From contig JANZKB010000002.1 of the NCBI GenBank assembly GCA_025061095.1, positions 1 to 45,829 of the forward strand: 45,829 nucleotides of DNA, read 5' to 3'. The position numbers and the translations under genes were made by a program. Origin of the DNA: Candidatus Culexmicrobium thermophilum. Lineage in GTDB: Archaea > Thermoproteota > Methanomethylicia > Culexarchaeales > B10-G16. Positions 38,065-45,829 of this stretch are shown in pieces (the stretch's first letter is position 1; every line of letters starts with the position of its first letter). A model generated the notes under the pieces. It was not told where the DNA came from, searched no databases, and saw nothing but the letters and a program-made list of their open reading frames with translations.

Positions 38065-38087
38065 ATATTGTTGCAGTCTAACAATAT
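38065..38087. promoter_or_regulatory. 8-bp perfect inverted repeat followed by a TATA-like tract, upstream of the binding-protein gene
   Basis: ATATTGTT-GCAGTCT-AACAATAT, then ATAAAAGTATATATAA (38088-38103), ~60 nt before the AGGTGGA RBS and TTG at 38164. Confidence 0.35.
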
Positions 38088-38163
38088 ATAAAAGTATATA
38101 TAATGTGTACCATGAAATTATTATAGCCATATCCAAATAAGCCTTAAAATAGGTGGATTAAAG

Positions 38164-40266
38164 TTGAAAAAAATATATGTGCTGATAGGATTAGCATTGC
38201 TAATGTTGCAGGTCGTAGTGGCAATTCCGCCAACACTTGCAGGCGAAGCTCCTCCAGAGCAGCAGAACTGGCAATGGGAACCCTATGGTCCAAGAATGGA
38301 TGAATATCTATATTCCATAATAACCGATTATGATGCGCAGCTTATGGCGTTCAAGTCAGGTGAAATAGATACGTCATATATACAGGCGACAAGACTTGAA
38401 GAGGTTGAAAATGATCCAAACATCTATGTCTTATCTTATCAGACATTCAATCTTCAATTTCTAGGTATAAACACTTTGCAGTATCCATGGAACTATACGG
38501 CGATAAGACAGGCTGTTGCGCATCTCATTGATAGGGAGTGGATTATAAGGGAGGTTTTCCACGGCTTCGGCTATCCAACTTATTCGCCGATACCACCCGC
38601 CTTCGGAGCATGGTCAAATCCAAATGTGACAACATATCCTTACAGTAAGGAGCTGGCTAAACAGACACTGCTAGATGCAGGCTTCACATATGATGAAGCG
38701 GAGAATAAATGGTATGATCCCAATGGAAATGAACTGCCAACATTCTACATTCAAGTGCCACCAGCCGAGCAGGCTCCATGGCTCTTCCAAGAAGCCCAGC
38801 ACATAGTGGATGATGCTAAAAGCATAGGCTTACCACTAGATATAGAGGCTATAGAATTTCAAGCATTAGTCTCCCAAATATATTCCAAGACATTTAAATC
38901 ATTTTTATTGTATCTTATATGGGGAAGAATTCCAACATTGGCTTATGAACTTTTCAGAACTGGAGGCTCATGGAATTTCTGGGGGATAAGTGATCCTGAA
39001 CTGGATGAGTATCTCGAAAAGTTCTATTATAATACGAATATAACGGATGCTCAGCATTGGCTTTGGAAGGCTCAAGAAAAGGTTTCCAAGATTCTACCGT
39101 ACATTCCAATCTATATGGGACGTGCAAATGTAGGGTTCAGAACGGATATTGCAGGAGTAGTGTTAAATCAACCCGTCGGCGGCCAACACTACTTTACAAC
39201 TTTAGATGTACATAGAGTTTCAGCACCTTTCGGCGGAAGATTTAAAGATGCACTAGGTTCAGATCCAAGAGTTCTAAACCCATTTACAGCTATAACTGGA
39301 GATGAACAGGCCGTTATAGGAATGATGCTTGAACCGCTCTTCCTAGCCAATCCAGATCAAGTTTCATCTGATTATCCATGGCTGGCCAAGAAATGGACTA
39401 TAGAGAGTGTCGATATTAATGGTTCAAAAGGAATGAAGATCACGTTTTATCTTACGGATAATGCTACATGGCAGGATGGCGAAAAATTCACAGCCTACGA
39501 TGTTAACTTCACTTTATGGTTTATTAAAGAAAAGCAGCCAACACAGCTCTATGCTAAGGCATTTGAAAGCATGGTTAAGACAGAAGTTCCCGACGATTAC
39601 ACTATTTCAGTCTACATTAATGGGACAAGCTGGGCCTACCTGTATGATTTGAACGTTCTTATAGTTCCCCAACACATCTGGGGCAATACTACTCTGCTCG
39701 AAGAGAATGGTGGATGGGAAGCTTTCGATCCAAGCAAAGTGCCGCATCCCACAGTTCCAGAATTAACATGTCTGATTGGAACTGGACCATACATATTTAG
39801 CGAGAGAAAGCTGGGAGAATACATACTGTTAAAATGGTATCCCAATTATTGGAAGAGGCATCCTGAGAAATCCCTCACAATAACTGTTAATAAGTATGAT
39901 GAAGTGGTCTACTCAGGCGACAAATTATCTGTTCAATTTACATTGAAAGACTATCTTGGAAACGCTGTTACCAATGCCACTGTAACTATTGATGTTTTAA
40001 AGGATGGAAGTGTAGTAAAGTCGGTTACAGCGACACATACAGGCAATGGAGTATATTCTGCCAAGATTGACAGCGGAGGATTGGAAGGCGACTACACATT
40101 TAAGATTACAGCAGTTCAACAGATAAGTACAGGTGAGCTTAAGAGAAGCACCAGTGTAACTGTTACAGTTCTTCCAGTTTGGCAGAGATATTTACCCTAC
40201 ATTGGTGTCGGTATAGTGTTGATTATTGTAGCTGTTGTCCTAGCGATATATCTTAGAAGAAGATAA
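38164..40266 (+). CDS. oppA: ABC transporter substrate-binding protein, family 5 (peptide/nickel type) with C-terminal Ig-like domain and TM anchor
   Basis: N-terminal signal-like MKKIYVLIGLALLMLQVVVA. Family-5 sized body. A beta-rich T/V/S segment (~res 565-670). C-terminal hydrophobic helix YIGVGIVLIIVAVVLAIY followed by LRRR. Confidence 0.8.
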   Translation: MKKIYVLIGLALLMLQVVVAIPPTLAGEAPPEQQNWQWEPYGPRMDEYLYSIITDYDAQLMAFKSGEIDTSYIQATRLEEVENDPNIYVLSYQTFNLQFLGINTLQYPWNYTAIRQAVAHLIDREWIIREVFHGFGYPTYSPIPPAFGAWSNPNVTTYPYSKELAKQTLLDAGFTYDEAENKWYDPNGNELPTFYIQVPPAEQAPWLFQEAQHIVDDAKSIGLPLDIEAIEFQALVSQIYSKTFKSFLLYLIWGRIPTLAYELFRTGGSWNFWGISDPELDEYLEKFYYNTNITDAQHWLWKAQEKVSKILPYIPIYMGRANVGFRTDIAGVVLNQPVGGQHYFTTLDVHRVSAPFGGRFKDALGSDPRVLNPFTAITGDEQAVIGMMLEPLFLANPDQVSSDYPWLAKKWTIESVDINGSKGMKITFYLTDNATWQDGEKFTAYDVNFTLWFIKEKQPTQLYAKAFESMVKTEVPDDYTISVYINGTSWAYLYDLNVLIVPQHIWGNTTLLEENGGWEAFDPSKVPHPTVPELTCLIGTGPYIFSERKLGEYILLKWYPNYWKRHPEKSLTITVNKYDEVVYSGDKLSVQFTLKDYLGNAVTNATVTIDVLKDGSVVKSVTATHTGNGVYSAKIDSGGLEGDYTFKITAVQQISTGELKRSTSVTVTVLPVWQRYLPYIGVGIVLIIVAVVLAIYLRRR

Positions 40267-40326
40267 AATCAAACACTATTTTTTTATTTTATAATTAAAT
40301 TTATATGGTTAACTGGAGTTGGAAAT

Positions 40327-41325
40327 ATGAGTGTCGGCGGGGGAGGCCTATTAAAATATATGGGGAAACGCGCTGTTGACAGGATTGCAGTTGTACTCTC
40401 CTCTTTAACCCTTCAATTTCTCCTTCTCCGAGTTCTACCCTACTATGTGTTAGGTATAGATCCATCCTTCTTCTTCCTCAATCCAAATCTAACCGAGGCT
40501 CAAAGAGAACTTATTAGAAAACAGTTCGGTTTAGATGAATCTTTAGCCTCTCAATTCGTTAAATATGTTCTCTCCCTATTTACAGGTAATATGGGCTTCT
40601 CCTTCTATACGAGGAGACCCGTCTTCTCCGAGTTGATGGAGAGGCTTCCCAACACAGTTCTCCTTTTAGGTACAGCTACAGTTCTAACCATCATTATAGG
40701 TTTAATTGTAGGTATAATTGCAGTTTCTAAGAGGGGGACGAGATTTGATGCTTCAATTATAGGTTCAAGTATATTTGTAAGTGCCTTTCCCCTCTTCTAT
40801 GTCGGTTTACTTTTACTTCTAATATTCGGTTTCTATTTGAGATGGTTTCCAATAGCAGGAACAATTAGCAGACCTCCGCCAAGAGATCCAGTAATATATG
40901 TTGCTGATCTGCTCAGACATATGGCTCTTCCCCTAATCACCCTGCTCATTACAGGTATAGGGGGTTTTGCACTCTTCATTAGAAATCTCTTCTTAACACA
41001 GTTAGGTGAAGATTACGTTTTAACTGCAAGGGCGAAAGGGTTGAATGAAAGGGAAGTTATGGTACGCCATGTTCTGAGAAATGTGCTTGCCCCCGTCATA
41101 AATATTCTTGCCCTCGAATTTCCAGGCATAATTTCTGGAGCCGTCATAGTTGAAACCGTTTTCTCTTGGTATGGTGTTGGTAGATGGCTTTTCCAAGCTG
41201 CCACCCAGTTCGATTATCCAGTTGTACAGGCAGTTCTCTTCATCCAAGTAGCCTTAACAGTTGTCTCTCTATATATTGCTGATCTTATTATAGCTTTGAT
41301 TGATCCGAGGGTTAGATTGAGGTGA
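40327..41325 (+). CDS. oppB: Oligopeptide ABC transporter permease (OppB/DppB type)
   Basis: 332 aa, ~6 TM. EAA-loop region YVLTARAKGL.E..V...HVLRN typical of OppB. Confidence 0.85.
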   Translation: MSVGGGGLLKYMGKRAVDRIAVVLSSLTLQFLLLRVLPYYVLGIDPSFFFLNPNLTEAQRELIRKQFGLDESLASQFVKYVLSLFTGNMGFSFYTRRPVFSELMERLPNTVLLLGTATVLTIIIGLIVGIIAVSKRGTRFDASIIGSSIFVSAFPLFYVGLLLLLIFGFYLRWFPIAGTISRPPPRDPVIYVADLLRHMALPLITLLITGIGGFALFIRNLFLTQLGEDYVLTARAKGLNEREVMVRHVLRNVLAPVINILALEFPGIISGAVIVETVFSWYGVGRWLFQAATQFDYPVVQAVLFIQVALTVVSLYIADLIIALIDPRVRLR

Positions 41326-41329
41326 GAAC

Positions 41330-42766
41330 TTGGCTAGCATAAATACAACTAGAATCGAAGCTGTCAAATCATTTCTCTCTGAGCTTAAATTGCATAAAAC
41401 AGGGCTTCTAGGTCTAGGAGTTTTAATCTTGTATGTCTTCGTAGCAATTTTTGCCCCATGGATTTCGCCTGTAGGTCCAAATGAGACGGGGCTGGCCGAC
41501 AGTTATGCTTATCCCTCATGGTTTTCCATTTTTCCAGGCTATGAAAATCTGCCGAGAAATATAATTTTAAAATTGAGCTATGAGGATTGGCATGTTCTAC
41601 ATCAGAGTAATGGCCTTGAATACGTTGAGGAAAGCGATCTTTCAAAGATAAATGTGAAAAGTGGAAATGTCTCTACAGTTAAAGATCTCCTACTTGAATA
41701 TGCCTTCAATTATACTTTTAATCCGCCTAAAAGGTTTAGCGGTAAGATACCGTTCAAAGTTGAGATCAATCATGCTCTGGGAAGCTATGTTAGAATCAGA
41801 TGCTCCATAGTTACCCCTAAAGGTAGGGTTTACGAGGTTTATGACAGTCTGCCAATAGCTAATAATCTTACGAGATTGGAGACACCTGCAACCTATGATG
41901 CTCGAGACATTTCTCTTAAACTTAAATTGGGTTTTTCTCCGCATGATTATCTCGGTGAAAAAATTTTCAATTTGAAGGGCGTCTATAAACTTAGACTTTA
42001 CATTTCAATTTTCAGTGTTAAAGGAGATGGAGCGGTTAATGTTTGGCTCGGCGTTAATGAATTTAGAATTTACGGTATGCTCTACGGCATTCTAGGAACC
42101 GACAATCTAGGATGCGATCTTTTCTCAAATCTAATTTATGGAACCAGAGTTTCTCTCATGGTTGGTATTTTAGCGTCAGTTATATCAGTATCTATAGGCT
42201 TAGTTGTAGGAGTTATATCGGGCTATAAAGGTAGAATTGTAGATCAAATATTAATGTTCTTCACGGATACCCTGCTCTTCACACCGATCCTTCCACTTCT
42301 AATAGCTATAAGCGTGTTTGTTGGAAAGAACCTTTACTTAGAGATAGCTTTAATAGCTCTATTCAGTTGGATGGTCTTCGCTAGAAATACACGTGCATAT
42401 GTCATGTCTATTAGGGATAGTATGTTCGTTGAGTCTGCTAGAGCCATAGGAGCCCCAGACATTTACATAATTTTCAGACATATATTGCCGCAGCTGACTC
42501 CTATAATTTATATAAATCTAGTTATGAGAGTTCCTGGAGCCATTCTTCTCGAAGCTACATTAAGCTTCCTTAATCTTGGAGATCCATCTGTTCCATCTTG
42601 GGGAAGAATGCTCTATAATGCTAGATATGCAGGAGCCTTCTTCAGATTTATGTGGTGGTGGATAATTCCACCAGGATTGGCCATCACCTTTCTCGCATTA
42701 GCCTTCGTCCTTCTCGGAAACGCTTTAGATGCCATTCTCAATCCAAGATTGCAGGTTAGGCGTTAA
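41330..42766 (+). CDS. oppC: Oligopeptide ABC transporter permease (OppC/DppC type) with ~200-aa extracytoplasmic insert after TM1
   Basis: GTDNLGCDLFS motif and the SARAIGA...I.FRHILP EAA loop. 478 aa, versus ~300 aa for typical OppC as I recall. Confidence 0.85.
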   Translation: MASINTTRIEAVKSFLSELKLHKTGLLGLGVLILYVFVAIFAPWISPVGPNETGLADSYAYPSWFSIFPGYENLPRNIILKLSYEDWHVLHQSNGLEYVEESDLSKINVKSGNVSTVKDLLLEYAFNYTFNPPKRFSGKIPFKVEINHALGSYVRIRCSIVTPKGRVYEVYDSLPIANNLTRLETPATYDARDISLKLKLGFSPHDYLGEKIFNLKGVYKLRLYISIFSVKGDGAVNVWLGVNEFRIYGMLYGILGTDNLGCDLFSNLIYGTRVSLMVGILASVISVSIGLVVGVISGYKGRIVDQILMFFTDTLLFTPILPLLIAISVFVGKNLYLEIALIALFSWMVFARNTRAYVMSIRDSMFVESARAIGAPDIYIIFRHILPQLTPIIYINLVMRVPGAILLEATLSFLNLGDPSVPSWGRMLYNARYAGAFFRFMWWWIIPPGLAITFLALAFVLLGNALDAILNPRLQVRR

Positions 42767-42769
42767 CCT

Positions 42770-43654
42770 ATGTTTAAACTTAAATCTCCTCTTTCCTTTG
42801 TTCTCCTAAACCTGTTCTATTTGCTTTCACTTTCATATATACTTTTCAATAATGTTTTCAGTAGAGGGCTTTCAGAGCTCTCTCTCATATATGCTGTTCT
42901 CTTCGGCATTATTTCATTACTTTATGGATATGTTATCGGCGAATTGAAGAAGGCTTTCATAGGCTATGTGGCTTCCATATTTTTAAGTGTAGGTTTAACT
43001 ATGCTTTTAATTCGAGTTCCAGTTCAATGGAATATTGGGTGGATTGCGGCTGAGCTTGTTACAATGTGGTCTTTAAGGAACACGTTAATGTATCTCCTAC
43101 TAGTTCTCTCCCCCATATCCCTAATCCTAATTCCAATTGGAATTTATCTTTCAACCCTGCTTGGCAAACCATCCCAAATTAAATTTATATTTATACTAAT
43201 AACTTTACTTTTCTCTTCTCTTCTAGTCGTCAACTATGCCAATTATAATTGTGAAGTTTACTCCGTGAAGCTTTTAGATGTCAATGTGAAGAATGTGAAT
43301 CTATTCTTCAAGGGTGAACATGTATATGTTAATTTAACTTACTCCATGATGAATAGAGGAGTCAGCGTTCTTAAATGTTCAATGGTAATTTACAACATCT
43401 ATTTGGGAAATGAACTCTGCCGAGTTTACAGTGAGAATTTCCAAGGTTCAATGATCCTTTTAAACCCTTCAAACATTGTTGAGCGGAATGTGAAGATCGA
43501 AGTTCCAATGTTTAAACTTAAGAGAAATATGTTGCATGGATGTGTGAATTTATCGTTAACCTTTGAAGTTTATGTGAGATCAAGGTTCGGTGTAACTCCT
43601 ATAACTTATCATTATGCTGCTTTTCTGAAAGTTTCGCCACCTTTATCCCTGTGA
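42770..43654 (+). CDS. Hypothetical polytopic membrane protein with a C-terminal beta-rich (LEA_2/Ig-like?) domain
   Basis: ATG lies 3 nt after the oppC stop. ~5 hydrophobic helices in res 1-160, then alternating-polarity strands (VKLLDVNVKNVNLFFKG..VYVNLTYSMMN). No motif recognised. Confidence 0.5.
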   Translation: MFKLKSPLSFVLLNLFYLLSLSYILFNNVFSRGLSELSLIYAVLFGIISLLYGYVIGELKKAFIGYVASIFLSVGLTMLLIRVPVQWNIGWIAAELVTMWSLRNTLMYLLLVLSPISLILIPIGIYLSTLLGKPSQIKFIFILITLLFSSLLVVNYANYNCEVYSVKLLDVNVKNVNLFFKGEHVYVNLTYSMMNRGVSVLKCSMVIYNIYLGNELCRVYSENFQGSMILLNPSNIVERNVKIEVPMFKLKRNMLHGCVNLSLTFEVYVRSRFGVTPITYHYAAFLKVSPPLSL

Positions 43655-44129
43655 AATATTTTCCTTCAATGCCAATTATAGATGTGAAATAGTAGAGTTT
43701 CCCATTAATCCTCTTTTCAGTTTTCTTCGTATAGGTATAATGTGTCAGTTCTGATGATCCATGACCACAAATCACGCCTAATATCAATCCTAAACCTATC
43801 GTTGGATAAATTAGTATTATTAGAAAAGGCAATGTTACCATTACTATAATCTTCATGAGAAATTTATGATAGAAATTGCCACTATGCTCAGAAATTATAT
43901 ATCTATCCTTCTCTTCTAGTGCTTTAAGAATTTTCTTTGTGTTGAAAATTTTGTTTATAGTTAAAATAACATATGACGCGGCATATGAAAATATAAAACT
44001 GATTACATATTCTACTATTATCGTGTTGAAGAGAAGATAGAGTGCTGTAGCGGTTAGCAGAACAGTTCCCATAATCCTCATATATAACCCATTCTTTGAA
44101 AATGGATAGGGGGCGAGGATTTCTCTCAT
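43599..44129 (-). CDS. Hypothetical membrane protein (about 4 TM)
   Basis: 176 aa with hydrophobic helices separated by a short charged loop (KKILKALEEKDRY). Divergent from psmA. Its 3' end overlaps the previous gene by 56 nt. Confidence 0.45.
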   Translation of the reverse strand: MREILAPYPFSKNGLYMRIMGTVLLTATALYLLFNTIIVEYVISFIFSYAASYVILTINKIFNTKKILKALEEKDRYIISEHSGNFYHKFLMKIIVMVTLPFLIILIYPTIGLGLILGVICGHGSSELTHYTYTKKTEKRINGKLYYFTSIIGIEGKYFTGIKVAKLSEKQHNDKL

Positions 44130-44172
44130 TCATTCACCACTATACATTGTTAACATCGTAATGTTGATTAAC

Positions 44173-44289
44173 TTATTGGTTTTATTTTGATTGAAAATTA
44201 AATTTTATTGGTTTACAATTTCTCTTCTCAAAGTTCATCTTTTATTTGAAATGTTTTAGGCGAAACTTTATGCGTAAAGTTTATTGGTT
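44173..44289. repeat. Three direct copies of TTATTGGTT upstream of psmA
   Basis: Exact 9-mers at 44173-81, 44205-13 and 44281-89, in the 215-nt divergent intergenic region. Confidence 0.4.
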
Positions 44290-44344
44290 ATTTAGTCGTC
44301 ACATTTACTGGATTGCCTTACATTTTAGCTTGGAGGTGATGTGA

Positions 44345-45064
44345 TTGTTTACTCCGCCTGGTATGGGCTATGACAGAGCTATCACAGTTTTCTCTCCTGA
44401 TGGCAGATTATTCCAAGTAGAATATGCTATGGAAGCCGTTAGAAAAGGGTTTACAACTTTAGGGATTAAATGTTCTGAGGGTATTGTTTTAGTGGCTGAA
44501 AAACGTAAACTTCTACCTTTAATCGATTTTTCCTCTCTAGAGAAAATCTTCAAAGTAGATGAACATATAGGTATGACTTATGCAGGCTTCCCTTTTGATG
44601 CCAGAGTTTTAATTGATAGAGCTAGGACTGAGGCTCAAATTAATAGGATTCTATATGATGAACCTATAGATGTTGAAGTTTTAACCCGTAAGATCAGCGA
44701 TATCATGCAGCTTTACACTCAGCATGGAGGTGTTCGACCATTCGGAGTTTCCCTTCTTATTGCCGGTGTTGATTTAAACGGTCCAAGACTGTTCATGACT
44801 GAACCTAGCGGTGCCTATGCTGGATATATGGCGAGAGTTATTGGAGCAGGTTCTCAACCTGCAACCGAATATTTAGAGAAAAATTATCGTCATGATTTAA
44901 CTCTTAATGAAGCTTTAATTCTAGGTATTAATGCATTAAAACCGGTCATAGAAGGGGCTCTTGAACCTCAGAAATTGGAGATAGGTGTTATAAGTATTAA
45001 AGATGGAAAGTTTAGAAAGCTAAGTGAAGATGAAATAGCTGGAAAGCTTAAACAAATAGGTTAA
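44345..45064 (+). CDS. psmA: Proteasome subunit alpha
   Basis: YDRAITVFSPDGRLFQVEYA signature. TTG start 6 nt after GGAGGTG. Confidence 0.9.
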   Translation: MFTPPGMGYDRAITVFSPDGRLFQVEYAMEAVRKGFTTLGIKCSEGIVLVAEKRKLLPLIDFSSLEKIFKVDEHIGMTYAGFPFDARVLIDRARTEAQINRILYDEPIDVEVLTRKISDIMQLYTQHGGVRPFGVSLLIAGVDLNGPRLFMTEPSGAYAGYMARVIGAGSQPATEYLEKNYRHDLTLNEALILGINALKPVIEGALEPQKLEIGVISIKDGKFRKLSEDEIAGKLKQIG

Positions 45065-45082
45065 ACTAATTTATATTTCTGT

Positions 45083-45823
45083 TTGCTTAAATTTTGTTGT
45101 GAGAGTGTGGACGAATTGAGTGGAAGGAAGACTATAATTGCAAGATATGTTTCCAGGGGGGAGCGTTTCGAAATTCTCGTAGATCCCCATCTGGCTTGGA
45201 AATTTAAACGGGGGGAACCTGTAGATTTAAATGATATCCTGATAAGTGACATTATATATAAAGATGCTAAGAAAGGATTGAAAGCTTCTGAGGAATCCAT
45301 TAGAAAGGTTTTCGCCACTTCTAATATTAAAACTATAGCTTCAATAATAATTAAAAATGGAACTTTACAGTTAACTGCTGAGCATAGGAGGGAGCTCATA
45401 GAAGCAAAGAAGAGGAAGATCATAAACTTCATCTCTAAAAACTGTATTGATCCTAGAACAAATCTTCCACATCCTCCAAAGAGAATTGAGCTGGCAATGG
45501 AGGAAGTTGGCATCCCAATAGACCCCTTTAAACCTGCAGAGGAGCAGGCACTCGACATCATAAAGGCTTTAAGAAAGATTCTTCCATTAAAGATTGCTAG
45601 AATCACCATTAGAGTTCGATTTCCACCCTTCTGTGCTGGAAAGGCATATGGCTTCGTTTCTAAGTATGGCTCAATTCTTAAATCTGAATGGCTTCAGGAT
45701 GGATCCTGGCTCTGCGAAGTTGAGATGCCTGCAGGTTTACAGACAACGTTTATCTCCAAAGTTAACGAGATCTCTAAGGGTTCAGCTGAACTTGAAATTT
45801 TATCTCTGAGTAGGAGGTCCTAA
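45083..45823 (+). CDS. sdo1: SBDS/Sdo1-family ribosome maturation protein (start TTG 45083 or GTG 45107)
   Basis: [18 protein letters not shown]-terminal FYSH-domain pattern. Conserved position after psmA. AGGAGG plus TTG at 45825 suggests the next superoperon gene starts at the window edge. Confidence 0.85.
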   Translation: MLKFCCESVDELSGRKTIIARYVSRGERFEILVDPHLAWKFKRGEPVDLNDILISDIIYKDAKKGLKASEESIRKVFATSNIKTIASIIIKNGTLQLTAEHRRELIEAKKRKIINFISKNCIDPRTNLPHPPKRIELAMEEVGIPIDPFKPAEEQALDIIKALRKILPLKIARITIRVRFPPFCAGKAYGFVSKYGSILKSEWLQDGSWLCEVEMPAGLQTTFISKVNEISKGSAELEILSLSRRS

Positions 45824-45829
45824 TTTGAG

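Larger units (their letters stand above)
31174..44344. other. Accessory block inserted between pop5 and psmA (no integrase or transposase seen)
   Basis: Mixed strands, noncoding gaps of 182-619 nt, gene fragments, a TA module, visibly lower GC. The flanks are genes that are normally adjacent in archaea. Confidence 0.5.

Noticed and set aside
45061-45609. 182-aa - strand ORF
   Set aside because: It is antisense to the SBDS gene, which has clear family motifs. It is a hydrophobic, low-complexity shadow ORF.

Overview
This is an archaeal chromosomal window. It is moderately AT-rich by eye, uses many GTG/TTG starts with GGAGG-type ribosome-binding sites, and has frequent 1-4 nt gene overlaps. 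I could not assign a lineage without a database search. All product calls rest on remembered family motifs and conserved archaeal gene order, not on searches.

Bases 1-31173 and 44345-45829 are tightly packed housekeeping operons, almost all on the + strand:
- rpoD-L18e-L13-S9-rpoN-eno-S2
- an isoprenoid block (MEMO-like, mvk, ipk, fni, idsA), then gltX
- L7Ae-S28e-L24e-ndk-aIF5B-S6e-aIF2gamma-PIN(Fcf1-like)-rpoE-spt4-DUF359 kinase-S24e-kae1-bud32-ITPase-S15-RecJ-like-pcc1-S3Ae
- a radical SAM gene, ychF (- strand), a Nox/CoADR-like reductase and a 2-hydroxyacid dehydrogenase
- the 'exosome superoperon' genes L15e-DUF54-Rpp30-Pop5 ... PsmA-SBDS

The main lead is a ~13 kb accessory block (31174-44344) wedged between pop5 and psmA. 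It has large noncoding gaps and mixed strands. It contains:
- a VapBC toxin-antitoxin pair bracketed by a GC-rich imperfect repeat
- decayed gene fragments
- an S9 serine peptidase
- a TiaS-N-terminal-like gene broken by two compensating frameshifts
- a five-gene Opp/Dpp-type peptide ABC transporter
- two uncharacterised membrane proteins

I found no rRNA, tRNA, CRISPR array, integrase or transposase.
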